This document shows, one piece after another, positions 55,377-64,000 of a DNA stretch of 64,000 nt (within the stretch, counting starts at the first letter, position 1; each line of letters starts with the position of its first letter). The DNA lies in assembly GCA_045651525.1 (NCBI GenBank), contig JAZRSO010000004.1:17127-81126 (forward strand), given 5' to 3'. The stretch comes from Candidatus Enterousia sp. (GTDB lineage Bacteria > Pseudomonadota > Alphaproteobacteria > Rs-D84). The notes beneath the pieces were generated by a model that did no database searches, was not told the origin of the DNA, and was given only the letters and a program-made list of their open reading frames with translations. The position numbers and the translations under genes are program-made.

Positions 55377-55462
55377 TTAAATCCTTTTTTATACCTGTTG
55401 GCACAATAGCATATTCTATAATATTTGCAATTTATTTTTAAGTGTGTAAAATAGAACCCGTT

Positions 55463-55930
55463 ATGGCAAGAAGTATTATAAAATTTGGTCAGGTGTCCGA
55501 AAACCGCAAGGCACGATTTAATTACTCTATTGAAGATACAATAGAGGCTGGTATATCATTGACTGGTGCAGAAATTAAATCTATACGTTATGGTTTGGTT
55601 ACGATTGTTGATGGTTTTGTTCAGCGTCGTGGTGATAACCTGTTCTTGGCCGGTGTTGAAATTCAGAAATTACCAACTGCGGCACGTATCGTGAACTTTG
55701 ATGAACGTCGCAGTCGCCAGCTGTTGTTGCATCGCAGTCAGATAAACAGACTGATTGGAAAACTGCAAGAAAAAGGCGCAACAATTGTGCCGTTGAAAAT
55801 GTATTTTAACAATCGTGGTAAGTTAAAGGTTTTGTTGGGGGTCGGTTATGGTAAAAACAAAATCGATAAACGCGAAACAATAAAACAACGCGAATGGAAC
55901 AAGAACAAGGCTCGTATTTTAAAGGGCTGA
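55463..55930 (+). CDS. smpB: SsrA-binding protein SmpB.
   Basis: The sequence KARFNYSIEDTIEAGISLTGAEIKSIR...LLLHRSQINRL matches SmpB. The ORF begins with a GTG at 55442 and was trimmed to the ATG at 55463. Confidence 0.9.
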   Translation: MARSIIKFGQVSENRKARFNYSIEDTIEAGISLTGAEIKSIRYGLVTIVDGFVQRRGDNLFLAGVEIQKLPTAARIVNFDERRSRQLLLHRSQINRLIGKLQEKGATIVPLKMYFNNRGKLKVLLGVGYGKNKIDKRETIKQREWNKNKARILKG

Positions 55931-56135
55931 TAATCTAAAACCCTTGATTTTAGGGAATTTAATACTATATTGTCATTACAGAACAAATTTCCCTCTTTGT
56001 ATTTTAATGATTTTTTGATACTATGGGAATATCGGGTGCATGGTCACAGATTCACTACGGATAAAGAAATTGTTTTCTTTATTGGCAATGAATTTGGTGA
56101 CTGTGCGAAATACTAACTTAAACAAAGGATTATAA

Positions 56136-57935
56136 ATGGTAAAAGTAAAAGAAAAAAAGACAGAACCAAAGAAAAAAGGCCCTGCCCCAAAAATGCCAAA
56201 GGCAATCAAGGGACAAAATAAACACGAAACAGATGCAAATGATGACAAAGTCTATTTTATGGCTTTGGGTGGATTGGAACATATCGGTCAGAATATGTAC
56301 CTGTACAAATACAAGGGTAAATATCTGGTCGTTGATTGCGGTATGGGATTCTTGGATGAAGAAATTGGTGCTGGCGATGTTCAATACTGTGATACAACAT
56401 GGTTGGAAAAGCGCAAAAAAGATGTTGTTGGATTTATCGTAACACACGGTCACGAAGATCATATCGGCGCGTTGAAATACATCTGGCCAAAGTTTAGAAA
56501 GCCAATTTATTGTACACGTTTTCCTGCGGAAATATTGCGTCAGACATTTGCTGGTATTGAAATGGACTTTGACCCAAAGAAAGATATTGTTGAATTTGAC
56601 CACAATGGCGCAACATTAGATTTAAACCCATTCGAAGTTGAAACTTTCCACGTCACACACAGTATTCCAGAGGCACAAATGCTGATTATTAAAACGGGTG
56701 CTGGGAAAATACTGCATACTGGTGACTGGACATTTAACGATGATATTCCAATTGAGGCACCGACAGATTTTGCCAGATTGGCAGAAATTGGTTCGGACCC
56801 AAAATTGTTGGCTTGTATGTGCGATTCTACAAATTCGTCACGTCAGACCAAACAGGTTACAGAAACGCAGGTGCGCGATACCCTGACGGAAATTATGAAA
56901 AATGCACCTGGTCGTGTAATCGTAACTGGTTATTCACGCAGCTTGGCACGTATTAAAATGTTTGCCGAGGCTGCACGTGCCGCAGGTCGAATTGCTGCAA
57001 TCAAAGAACGCAGTAATCCAAATCCTGTGCCATATGTTGGATTGCCAGAATTTCGTGAAATGGGAATTAAATTGGTGTACCTGAACAAGGATGATGTTTA
57101 TACTCATTCTGAAATCAAGGATTTGCCAGCAGAAAAGCAAGCAATCTTTTTGACTGGTTCCCAAGGGGAAAAATTCGCAATGTTGACACGCCTGTGTCAT
57201 GGTCAGGTAAAGGAAATGAAACTGATGCCAACTGATACGGTGGTGTTTAGTGCGATTATTATCCCAGGACGTGAACAAGATGTTTCTTATTTGTATAATA
57301 AACTGGCACGTATGGGTGTAAAAACACATACTATATTTGATACAGATAACTTGCACGCCAGTGGACATGCCGGTCGTCCAGAACTGGAAAGATTTTATGA
57401 CTTGGTTCATCCACAGGTATCTGTTCCAATGCACGGCGATTATATCAATGAAATGTTGAATGGTAAAATGGCGATGGAACGCGGTGGTGCCAAACATATG
57501 ATGGTTGTGCATAATGGCGAAATGATTGCGCTGTCAGATGGTAATGAGCCATATGTTGCCGAAACAATCGATACAAGTTATGTCGTTATGGAAGGTGAAA
57601 CAGAACGCAGTGCAAACGATCAGGTTTATAAAAATCGTAAAAAGATTGCATCCAATGGTGCTGTGTTTGTAACATTGCCAATTGATAAACGCGGTTTCTT
57701 GAAAGGTGTTCCAGAAGTTTCCAGCGCAGGTATCTTTGAAACAGACGAAACAGGATTTATGAAACGTCAAATTCAGATTGAAATCGCCAAGGCAATTGAT
57801 GGTTTGACCAAGGCAGAACGCAAAGATAAAAACAATCTGCATCGTGCGGTTCAGGTTGCGTCTAACAAGGTTGTGCGTGCGGCATTGGGTAATGACAAAA
57901 AACCTCAATACAATGTACACTTTATCTTGAAATAA
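56136..57935 (+). CDS. rnj: Ribonuclease J (metallo-beta-lactamase / beta-CASP).
   Basis: The MBL motif VTHGHEDHIGAL and the beta-CASP and C-terminal domains are present. A Lys-rich N-terminal tail precedes them. An AAAGGA Shine-Dalgarno sequence precedes the start. Confidence 0.85.
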   Translation: MVKVKEKKTEPKKKGPAPKMPKAIKGQNKHETDANDDKVYFMALGGLEHIGQNMYLYKYKGKYLVVDCGMGFLDEEIGAGDVQYCDTTWLEKRKKDVVGFIVTHGHEDHIGALKYIWPKFRKPIYCTRFPAEILRQTFAGIEMDFDPKKDIVEFDHNGATLDLNPFEVETFHVTHSIPEAQMLIIKTGAGKILHTGDWTFNDDIPIEAPTDFARLAEIGSDPKLLACMCDSTNSSRQTKQVTETQVRDTLTEIMKNAPGRVIVTGYSRSLARIKMFAEAARAAGRIAAIKERSNPNPVPYVGLPEFREMGIKLVYLNKDDVYTHSEIKDLPAEKQAIFLTGSQGEKFAMLTRLCHGQVKEMKLMPTDTVVFSAIIIPGREQDVSYLYNKLARMGVKTHTIFDTDNLHASGHAGRPELERFYDLVHPQVSVPMHGDYINEMLNGKMAMERGGAKHMMVVHNGEMIALSDGNEPYVAETIDTSYVVMEGETERSANDQVYKNRKKIASNGAVFVTLPIDKRGFLKGVPEVSSAGIFETDETGFMKRQIQIEIAKAIDGLTKAERKDKNNLHRAVQVASNKVVRAALGNDKKPQYNVHFILK

Positions 57936-57936
57936 A

Positions 57937-57962
57937 AAGTCCCCCGTCTGGGGGATTTTTTA
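57937..57962 (+). terminator. Terminator after rnj of the CCCCC/GGGGG type.
   Basis: aaaagTCCCCCgtctGGGGGAttttttag. Confidence 0.7.
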
Positions 57963-58040
57963 GTGATAGTATTTTTGTGTTTTGTAAATTTTTAGCTTGA
58001 AACTGATAAAATAAAAATATAAACTGTATCTGCACACGTC

Positions 58041-58127
58041 GGGGATATGGCGGAATGGTAGACGCTGAGGACTTAAAATCCTTTGATCATTGCGATCGTG
58101 TGGGTTCAAGTCCCACTATCCCCACCA
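58041..58127 (+). tRNA. tRNA-Leu (anticodon UAA), class II with a long variable arm. The 3' CCA is encoded.
   Basis: The acceptor stem pairs GGGGATA with TATCCCC. The anticodon loop is CTTAAAA. The T-arm is GTGGGTTCAAGTCCCAC. A long variable arm is present. The gene is 87 nt. Confidence 0.85.
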
Positions 58128-58131
58128 CAAA

Positions 58132-58162
58132 TAAAAAAACCGCCGTTTGGCGGTTGTTTTAT
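58132..58162. terminator. Bidirectional terminator after the tRNA-Leu gene and the convergent regulator gene.
   Basis: aaaaaaACCGCCgtttGGCGGTtgtttt. Confidence 0.65.
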
Positions 58163-58599
58163 TGTTTGTTTTCTGGTGCGTCTTTTGAATTTAGCAGTTG
58201 TTTTAACAGTTTTATTACTTTTGCACGATCTTTGTCTGTTGGCAAATCCCAATACATATTTATTAGGCGTAACGATTCGTTCTTGCCCAATGGGTCGTCT
58301 GATGCCTGGTCGCTGACATAATGTTTTGGCAGGCGACCATTGCGTTGTTCGTGGTCAATATAGCCCGGTAATCCTGTAAAGAAAAATGAAATTGGGGTTT
58401 GTAATGCAACGCTAAGTTCGAATAATCTTGATGCAGATATACGATTTGTTGCGTATTCGTATTTTTGCAATTGTTGAAAAGTTACATTACACAGTTCCGC
58501 AACGTCTTTTTGAGACATACTTAGCATAATGCGACGCAGTTGCAATCGTTGTCCGATATGTTCATCAATTGGACCAGTTAGATTTGGTTTCCCGCTCAT
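58159..58599 (-). CDS. XRE-family helix-turn-helix transcriptional regulator.
   Basis: The HTH reads IGQRLQLRRIMLSMSQKDVAELCNVTFQQLQKYEYATNRISASRLFELSVAL. The protein is 146 aa. Confidence 0.75.
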   Translation of the reverse strand: MSGKPNLTGPIDEHIGQRLQLRRIMLSMSQKDVAELCNVTFQQLQKYEYATNRISASRLFELSVALQTPISFFFTGLPGYIDHEQRNGRLPKHYVSDQASDDPLGKNESLRLINMYWDLPTDKDRAKVIKLLKQLLNSKDAPENKQ

Positions 58600-58710
58600 A
58601 TTTTATACTCTTGTTCGGTTGTTTTATATATACAATATTTTCTTTTGTTTTTGCAATTAAAAAACACTTATGATACCCTTGATACAGAATTAAAAACAAA
58701 GGAAGAAAGT

Positions 58711-60183
58711 ATGAATAAACCATTGGTATTGTGTATTATGGATGGGGTTGGTATAAGCGCAGATAAAAAGTATAATGCTGTGACACTGGCAAATATGCCG
58801 TATTTTAATGAATTGTTGAAAAAATACCCACATTCTAAACTGGATGCCAGTGGTGTGGCAGTCGGCCTGCCCGATGGCGTTATGGGTAATTCAGAGGTGG
58901 GACACATCACAATCGGTGCTGGACGTGTTGTTAATCAGTTCTTGCGTCGGTTTCAGTTGGAAAACTGGGATGAAAATTCGCAACTGCAACATTTTGTTGA
59001 ATCTGTGCGTAATAATAATGGTGTTGTGCATTTCGCAGGTTTAATGTCTGATGGACGTGTGCATTCTGATATCAATGATATGCTGGTTATTGTGCGGTAT
59101 GTTGTTGGGTGTGGTCTGCGTGTGTGTTTGCACTTTATTGCAGATGGTCGTGATACGCCACCACAATCTGCACAGGATTATATCAATTTAATTCAGAAAA
59201 AATTACAGCATGAATTCGCAGATGAACGTGTGTTCTGGGGTACAATTTCTGGGCGATATTATGCCATGGACAGAAATAATAACACAGAACGAACACAGGT
59301 GGCGTTTGATGCAATCGCATGCGCAAAATCAGAATTTGTTGCAGATGATATAAACACTGCATTGGCAAACGCGTATGCGCGTGGTGAAACAGATGAATTT
59401 ATTAAACCAACTGTTGTTCGTGGTGACGTGCCAATCACAGATAAAGACGGATTTGTGTTCGGAAACTATCGCAGTGACCGCGCCAGACAAATTATGCGTG
59501 AAATTGTAAAAACAGGGGCGGAAATTTTGTGCTTTTCGCAATATGGCGAAGGTTTGAACGATGTCTGCCCTGCGTTGTTGCCGGATGTGGTGGTTGAAAA
59601 TACGCTGGGTGATGTTTTGGCAGAAAATGGACTGCGCCAATTGCGTATTGCAGAAACGGAAAAATATAATCATGTAACATACTTTTTTGATGCGGAAAGA
59701 AACGTTGATTTTAATGGCGGAAAAAAGATTCTGATTTCATCGCCAGATGTCGCGACATTTGATTTGAAACCAGAAATGTCTGCGGTAGAAATCACAGATG
59801 CATTGTTGCCGGTTCTAAAAGACTTTGACGTTGTTATTTTGAATTATGCTAATGGTGATATGGTTGGACATACTGGGAATATGGATGCTGCAATTACTGC
59901 GATGGAAACCTTGGATGTGCAGTTGTCGCGCTTGGTGCCAGCCGTATTGGATTTGGGCGGTGTTGTTTTAATAACTGCAGACCACGGTAACGCAGAACAA
60001 ATGCGTGATGCGTCTGGCACAACACCATGGACAGCGCATACGACAAATCCAGTAAATTTGATTGTTGTAGGTGGTGGTATTAAATCTGTTCGTAATGGCG
60101 GTTTGGCAGACATCGCCCCAACAATGTTAAAGATATTGGGGATTGTACAGCCAAAAGATATGACGGGACAAAGTTTGGTATAA
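58711..60183 (+). CDS. gpmI: 2,3-bisphosphoglycerate-independent phosphoglycerate mutase.
   Basis: The N-terminus (LCIMDGVGIS...GNSEVGHITIGAGR) and the C-terminal metal-binding region (ITADHGN) match iPGM. The ATG at 58711 follows an AAGGAAG Shine-Dalgarno sequence. Confidence 0.85.
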   Translation: MNKPLVLCIMDGVGISADKKYNAVTLANMPYFNELLKKYPHSKLDASGVAVGLPDGVMGNSEVGHITIGAGRVVNQFLRRFQLENWDENSQLQHFVESVRNNNGVVHFAGLMSDGRVHSDINDMLVIVRYVVGCGLRVCLHFIADGRDTPPQSAQDYINLIQKKLQHEFADERVFWGTISGRYYAMDRNNNTERTQVAFDAIACAKSEFVADDINTALANAYARGETDEFIKPTVVRGDVPITDKDGFVFGNYRSDRARQIMREIVKTGAEILCFSQYGEGLNDVCPALLPDVVVENTLGDVLAENGLRQLRIAETEKYNHVTYFFDAERNVDFNGGKKILISSPDVATFDLKPEMSAVEITDALLPVLKDFDVVILNYANGDMVGHTGNMDAAITAMETLDVQLSRLVPAVLDLGGVVLITADHGNAEQMRDASGTTPWTAHTTNPVNLIVVGGGIKSVRNGGLADIAPTMLKILGIVQPKDMTGQSLV

Positions 60184-60186
60184 TAA

Positions 60187-60217
60187 AATAAACCGGCAGT
60201 TGCCGGTTTATTTTTTT
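60187..60217. terminator. Bidirectional terminator between gpmI and tadA.
   Basis: AAACCGGCagtTGCCGGTTTattttttt. The tadA stop codon lies within the 3' arm. Confidence 0.65.
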
Positions 60218-60654
60218 CTGCGAATAGAAAAAAAATCTTTTAATAACTTGGCGGATTCGTTGGCGTATTCTGGCATATGATGAACTGCCGGTTTCCACAG
60301 GTGTTTGTCTGTTTCATAAACGCGGGCGTTTGATGTTATGCCCCCACCCTTTTCATCTGTTGCGGCGAAATAAACATTATTTATGCGTGCCAATGATATT
60401 GCTGTTGCGCACATCGCGCATGGCTCCAATGATACATAAATATCGCAGTCGTCTAAAAACTTTGTTCTCAGTTTTTTGCAAGCGCGATTTATTGCGACTA
60501 TTTCTGCGTGCAGGGTTGGGTTTTTTCGCATTTGCACCTGATTTTCACCGCGTGCAATAATTTTTCCGTCATGAACAATTACCGCGCCAATTGGCACGTC
60601 ATCGTGTGAAAATGCGCGTTTCGCTAAAACAATCGCTTGATTCATAAATTTCAT
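60208..60654 (-). CDS. tadA: tRNA-specific adenosine deaminase.
   Basis: The CDA zinc motifs HAEIVAINRA and SLEPCAMCATAI are present. Confidence 0.85.
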   Translation of the reverse strand: MKFMNQAIVLAKRAFSHDDVPIGAVIVHDGKIIARGENQVQMRKNPTLHAEIVAINRACKKLRTKFLDDCDIYVSLEPCAMCATAISLARINNVYFAATDEKGGGITSNARVYETDKHLWKPAVHHMPEYANESAKLLKDFFSIRRKK

Positions 60655-60671
60655 GCTTTATACTTTATAAC

Positions 60672-61232
60672 ATGGATTCTAAATTGCAAATTATTTCTGG
60701 GATTTATCGTGGCAGAAAGTTAAATCTGCCGGTGGATGCACGCCCAACACAAAATTTGGCACGAATTGCGTTGTTTAATATGCTGGAAGGTATAATTGTT
60801 GACCCATATGCGCCAATAGTTGTTTGGGATGCGTTTGCAGGTAGTGGATCTTTGGGGATAGAGTGCCTGTCACGATACCCACAGTCACAGGTTTTGTTTA
60901 CAGATGTTGCATACAAATCTATACAGACAGTGCGCAGTAACTTGGCTGCATTAACTGTTGGCAGTCGTGCAAAGACGTTCCAAGCTGATGCGATTGCTTC
61001 TATTCAACAATGGGGTGTGATGTCGGATCTTATTTTTGTTGATCCTCCATATCCCAGGGCTAATTTAGGCGTGGCATTTGTAAAGCGTTTACAAAAAGTT
61101 GCACGCAAAGGAACGATTGTTGTTTGGGAACAAGAGGCAATAAATTTTACAGCCCCAAATACGGACAAGTGGCGTATTTTGCGTGATAAACAGTATGGAC
61201 GCGCCAGATTTTTGATTTTACAAAAGATTTAA
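60672..61232 (+). CDS. rsmD: 16S rRNA m2G966 methyltransferase RsmD.
   Basis: The sequences ISGIYRGRKL, DAFAGSGSLGIE and the DPPY motif match RsmD. Confidence 0.8.
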   Translation: MDSKLQIISGIYRGRKLNLPVDARPTQNLARIALFNMLEGIIVDPYAPIVVWDAFAGSGSLGIECLSRYPQSQVLFTDVAYKSIQTVRSNLAALTVGSRAKTFQADAIASIQQWGVMSDLIFVDPPYPRANLGVAFVKRLQKVARKGTIVVWEQEAINFTAPNTDKWRILRDKQYGRARFLILQKI

Positions 61233-61337
61233 TCAATAAACTTCTTGATTTTTCAAAGTTTTTAAGTAATAATATGCCCCGCACAGCACCCTTGGAGGCT
61301 GTGAAACAATAACCAAAATGCTATAAAAGGATAAAAA

Positions 61338-61952
61338 ATGGCAATAAATGTAAACGCAGAAATTCGCAACGTTGCTGGCAAGGGGGCCGCACGTAGCATC
61401 CGCAATAATAAAAACATCCCTGCAGTTATCTATGGGGAAAAGAAGGCCCCTGTCGCAATTGAACTGAATGGTCATGAATTCGGGATGTTGCTGAATACAC
61501 CAAGCTTGCGGACTAAATTGTTCCAAATCAAAACAGCCGAAGGTACAGAAGACGCAATGTTGATGGATATCCAATATCATCCAGTATCTGACGCACCAAT
61601 TCACGTTGACTTTAAACGTATTGATGTTAAAAAACCTGTGAACGTTGTTGTTCCTGTTGAAGTTATCAATGTTGAAACATCCAAAGGTTTGAAATTGGGT
61701 GGCACATTGAACTTTGCAGTACGTAAAGTTGCATTGCGTGGTTTGGTTGATGTTATGCCAGAAAAAATCGTTATTGACTTGGCGAACTTGACAATCGGTG
61801 ACGTGGTTCACGGTTCTGACTTGGTATTGCCAGCTGGTATCGAATTGGGCTTGCATCAGGCTGAATTGGCGTTCGCTATTATCGGCGGTAAAATGCCAAT
61901 GGAAGAAGATGAAAAAGCCAAGGCTGCTGCAATGGCTGCATCAAAGAAATAA
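61338..61952 (+). CDS. rplY: 50S ribosomal protein L25 / general stress protein Ctc.
   Basis: The N-terminus (AEIRNVAGKGAARSIRNNKNIPAVIYG) and the Ctc-type C-terminal extension match L25. Confidence 0.85.
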   Translation: MAINVNAEIRNVAGKGAARSIRNNKNIPAVIYGEKKAPVAIELNGHEFGMLLNTPSLRTKLFQIKTAEGTEDAMLMDIQYHPVSDAPIHVDFKRIDVKKPVNVVVPVEVINVETSKGLKLGGTLNFAVRKVALRGLVDVMPEKIVIDLANLTIGDVVHGSDLVLPAGIELGLHQAELAFAIIGGKMPMEEDEKAKAAAMAASKK

Positions 61953-61974
61953 TCTCTTTGATTTGAAAAAGATT

Positions 61975-62004
61975 ATCCACCCAAACGGGTGGATTTTTTT
62001 TAAG
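61975..62004 (+). terminator. Terminator after rplY.
   Basis: ATCCACCCaaacGGGTGGATtttttttt. Confidence 0.65.
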
Positions 62005-62083
62005 AAAATATGTCTGTTGCCCCTTGAAAAGATTTTTTGCATAACTATATGGTGGGTAAAGCAAAAATTTTAAGGAGTAAAAT

Positions 62084-63970
62084 ATGGGAAAAGTAATTGG
62101 TATTGACTTGGGTACAACAAATTCCGCCATGGCATTTATGGATGGAACAGACCCAAAAATTATTGAAAATTCCGAAGGACAACGTACAACACCATCTGTG
62201 GTCGCACTGACAAACAATGGTGAACAGTTGGTCGGTATTACTGCCAAGAATCAGGCTGTGACAAATCCTGAAAATACAATCTATGAAATTAAACGTTTAA
62301 TGGGCTTGCGTTTTGATAGCCCTGCGGTCAAAGAAATTGCAGCACGCGTGCCTTATAAAATCGTTGCTGGCGAAAACGGTGATGCGTGGGTTGAAATGGA
62401 CGGCAAGAAATATGCGCCATCTCAAATCTCTGCAATGATTTTGGCAAAGTTAAAGAAAGACGCAGAAAGTTATTTGGGCGAACCTGTAACAGACGCTGTT
62501 ATTACTGTTCCTGCGTATTTTAACGATTCACAACGTCAGGCAACCAAAGACGCAGGTCGTATTGCAGGATTAAATGTTTTGCGTATCGTCAATGAACCAA
62601 CAGCCGCTGCGTTGGCGTATGGTTTGGACAAGGGTAAAGATGGTATTATCGCTGTTTATGACTTGGGTGGTGGTACATTTGACGTGTCTATCTTGGAAAT
62701 TGTTGACGGTGTGTTCGAAGTAAAATCAACAAACGGCGATACTGCATTGGGTGGTTCTGACTTTGACGCACGTATTTTGGAACACTTGATTGCCGAATTC
62801 AAGGCACAATCTGGCATTGACTTGACAGGCGATAAATTGGCGTTGCAACGTTTGAAAGAAGCCGCAGAAAAGGCAAAAATTGAATTGTCGTCCAAGACAT
62901 CAACAGATATCAACCTGCCTTATTTGACAGCTGATGCATCTGGCCCAAAACACTTTAACACAACATTGACACGTGCAAAGTTGGAATCACTGGTTGCAGA
63001 TTTGATTGAACGTACAATTGAACCTTGCAAAAAAGCATTAAAAGACGCAGGTTTGGAAAAATCACAAATCAATGAAGTTATCTTGGTTGGTGGTCAAACG
63101 CGTATGCCAAAGGTTGCAGAAACAGTAAAAGAATTCTTTGGTCGTGAACCACACAAGGGTGTAAATCCAGACGAAGTTGTTGGTATGGGTGCCGCAATCC
63201 AAGGTGGTGTATTAAAAGGCGATGTCAAAGATGTTTTGTTGCTGGACGTTACACCATTATCATTGGGTATTGAAACATTGGGCGGTGTATTTACACGCTT
63301 GATTGATCGCAATACAACAATTCCTACGAAAAAATCTCAGGTGTTTAGTACTGCCGAAGATAATCAATCTGCTGTAACAATTCGCGTATTCCAAGGCGAA
63401 CGTGATATGGCAGCTGATAATAAACTGTTGGGTCAGTTTAATCTGGAAGGTATTGCCCCTGCCCCACGTGGTATGCCACAGATTGAAGTGTCTTTTGATA
63501 TTGACGCAAACGGTATTGTTCATGTGTCTGCCAAGGATAAAGGCACTGGCAAAGAACAGGCGATTTCAATTAAATCAGACGGTGGTTTGTCCGAAGATGA
63601 AATCAAGCGTATGGTTGATGAAGCAGCTGCAAATGCCGAAGCCGATAAACTGAAACGAGAATTGGCAGAAGCTAAAAATACAGCTGAAACAGCAATCTTT
63701 AGCATTGAAAAGTCTTTGAAAGAACATGGCGATAAAATCAGCGAAGATGAAAAGAAGTCAATTGAAGAAGCCAAGAAAGAATTGGCAGACGAATTGGCCA
63801 AGGCCGATGCAACTGCGGCTTCTTTGAAAGAAAAAACTGATGCGTTGGCAGAAAAAGCCATGAAATTGGGCGAAGCTGTCTATAAAGCATCGCAGGCAGA
63901 ACAAGCCGGTGAAGAACAGAAAAAGAACGACGACGGAACCGTTGACGCAGACTTTTCTGAAAAGAAATAA
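62084..63970 (+). CDS. dnaK: Chaperone DnaK (Hsp70).
   Basis: The N-terminus ([10 protein letters not shown]), the ATPase motif [12 protein letters not shown], the substrate-binding domain and an acidic DnaK-type C-terminus are present. A TAAGGAG Shine-Dalgarno sequence precedes the start. Confidence 0.85.
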   Translation: MGKVIGIDLGTTNSAMAFMDGTDPKIIENSEGQRTTPSVVALTNNGEQLVGITAKNQAVTNPENTIYEIKRLMGLRFDSPAVKEIAARVPYKIVAGENGDAWVEMDGKKYAPSQISAMILAKLKKDAESYLGEPVTDAVITVPAYFNDSQRQATKDAGRIAGLNVLRIVNEPTAAALAYGLDKGKDGIIAVYDLGGGTFDVSILEIVDGVFEVKSTNGDTALGGSDFDARILEHLIAEFKAQSGIDLTGDKLALQRLKEAAEKAKIELSSKTSTDINLPYLTADASGPKHFNTTLTRAKLESLVADLIERTIEPCKKALKDAGLEKSQINEVILVGGQTRMPKVAETVKEFFGREPHKGVNPDEVVGMGAAIQGGVLKGDVKDVLLLDVTPLSLGIETLGGVFTRLIDRNTTIPTKKSQVFSTAEDNQSAVTIRVFQGERDMAADNKLLGQFNLEGIAPAPRGMPQIEVSFDIDANGIVHVSAKDKGTGKEQAISIKSDGGLSEDEIKRMVDEAAANAEADKLKRELAEAKNTAETAIFSIEKSLKEHGDKISEDEKKSIEEAKKELADELAKADATAASLKEKTDALAEKAMKLGEAVYKASQAEQAGEEQKKNDDGTVDADFSEKK

Positions 63971-64000
63971 AAAAATCCCCCGTTTGGGGGATTTTTTTAT
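63969..64000 (+). terminator. Terminator after dnaK, of the ATCCCCC-gtttg-GGGGGAT type.
   Basis: aaaaaaATCCCCCgtttGGGGGATtttttttat is nearly identical to the hairpin at 28310. Confidence 0.75.

Noticed and set aside
55931-56135. tmRNA (ssrA) expected next to smpB.
   Set aside because: The 205-nt smpB-rnj intergenic region lacks the GGGG... 5' acceptor strand, a tRNA-like T-arm and a CCA end. It is more likely the rnj 5' UTR. A two-piece alphaproteobacterial tmRNA cannot be excluded elsewhere but is not visible here.
56934-57920. Minus-strand ORFs inside rnj (56934..57512 and 57534..57920).
   Set aside because: They lie antisense to the conserved RNase J gene and show no start signals or homology.

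Overview
This 64-kb window has the gene content of an AT-rich alphaproteobacterium. It carries gcrA, bamD, tolQRA-ybgC, lpxA-lpxB, tlyA, an rplM-rpsI operon and an RNase J gene. Several features suggest a reduced, probably host-associated genome: a short RNase P RNA of about 307 nt, compact Tol proteins and many secreted Cys-rich proteins with eukaryote-like motifs. About two thirds of the window is housekeeping. The genes are leuS, rlpA, murJ, bamD, rpiB, lpxAB, thyA, tig, rpsI/rplM, ruvB, tolQRA, secA, dnaE, rsmH, a dacA-like gene, holB, tatD, smpB, rnj, gpmI, tadA, rsmD, rplY and dnaK. There is one tRNA-Leu(UAA) and an rnpB RNA gene. A strikingly uniform family of Rho-independent terminators is reused throughout, with the form AAAAA-ATCCCC..GGGGAT-TTTTT. 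The accessory content is concentrated in six places. The first is a tandem array of at least six paralogous small cytoplasmic Cys-rich proteins (CX2CX3C motifs) at the window start, driven by a near-consensus promoter. The second is an undescribed family of secreted Cys-rich proteins sharing a CWC...CVxDCAxxC core. The third is an operon led by a prepilin peptidase that encodes two paralogous membrane proteins with Lys/Ala-rich segments. The fourth is an operon coupling an M23 peptidase and a bactofilin, a likely cell-shape module. The fifth is a GC-rich, hairpin-dense element of about 750 bp duplicated in tandem in an otherwise AT-rich locus. The sixth is a 94-bp tandem repeat upstream of a Cys-rich effector-like gene. 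No CRISPR array, transposase, integrase or recognizable defence system was seen.
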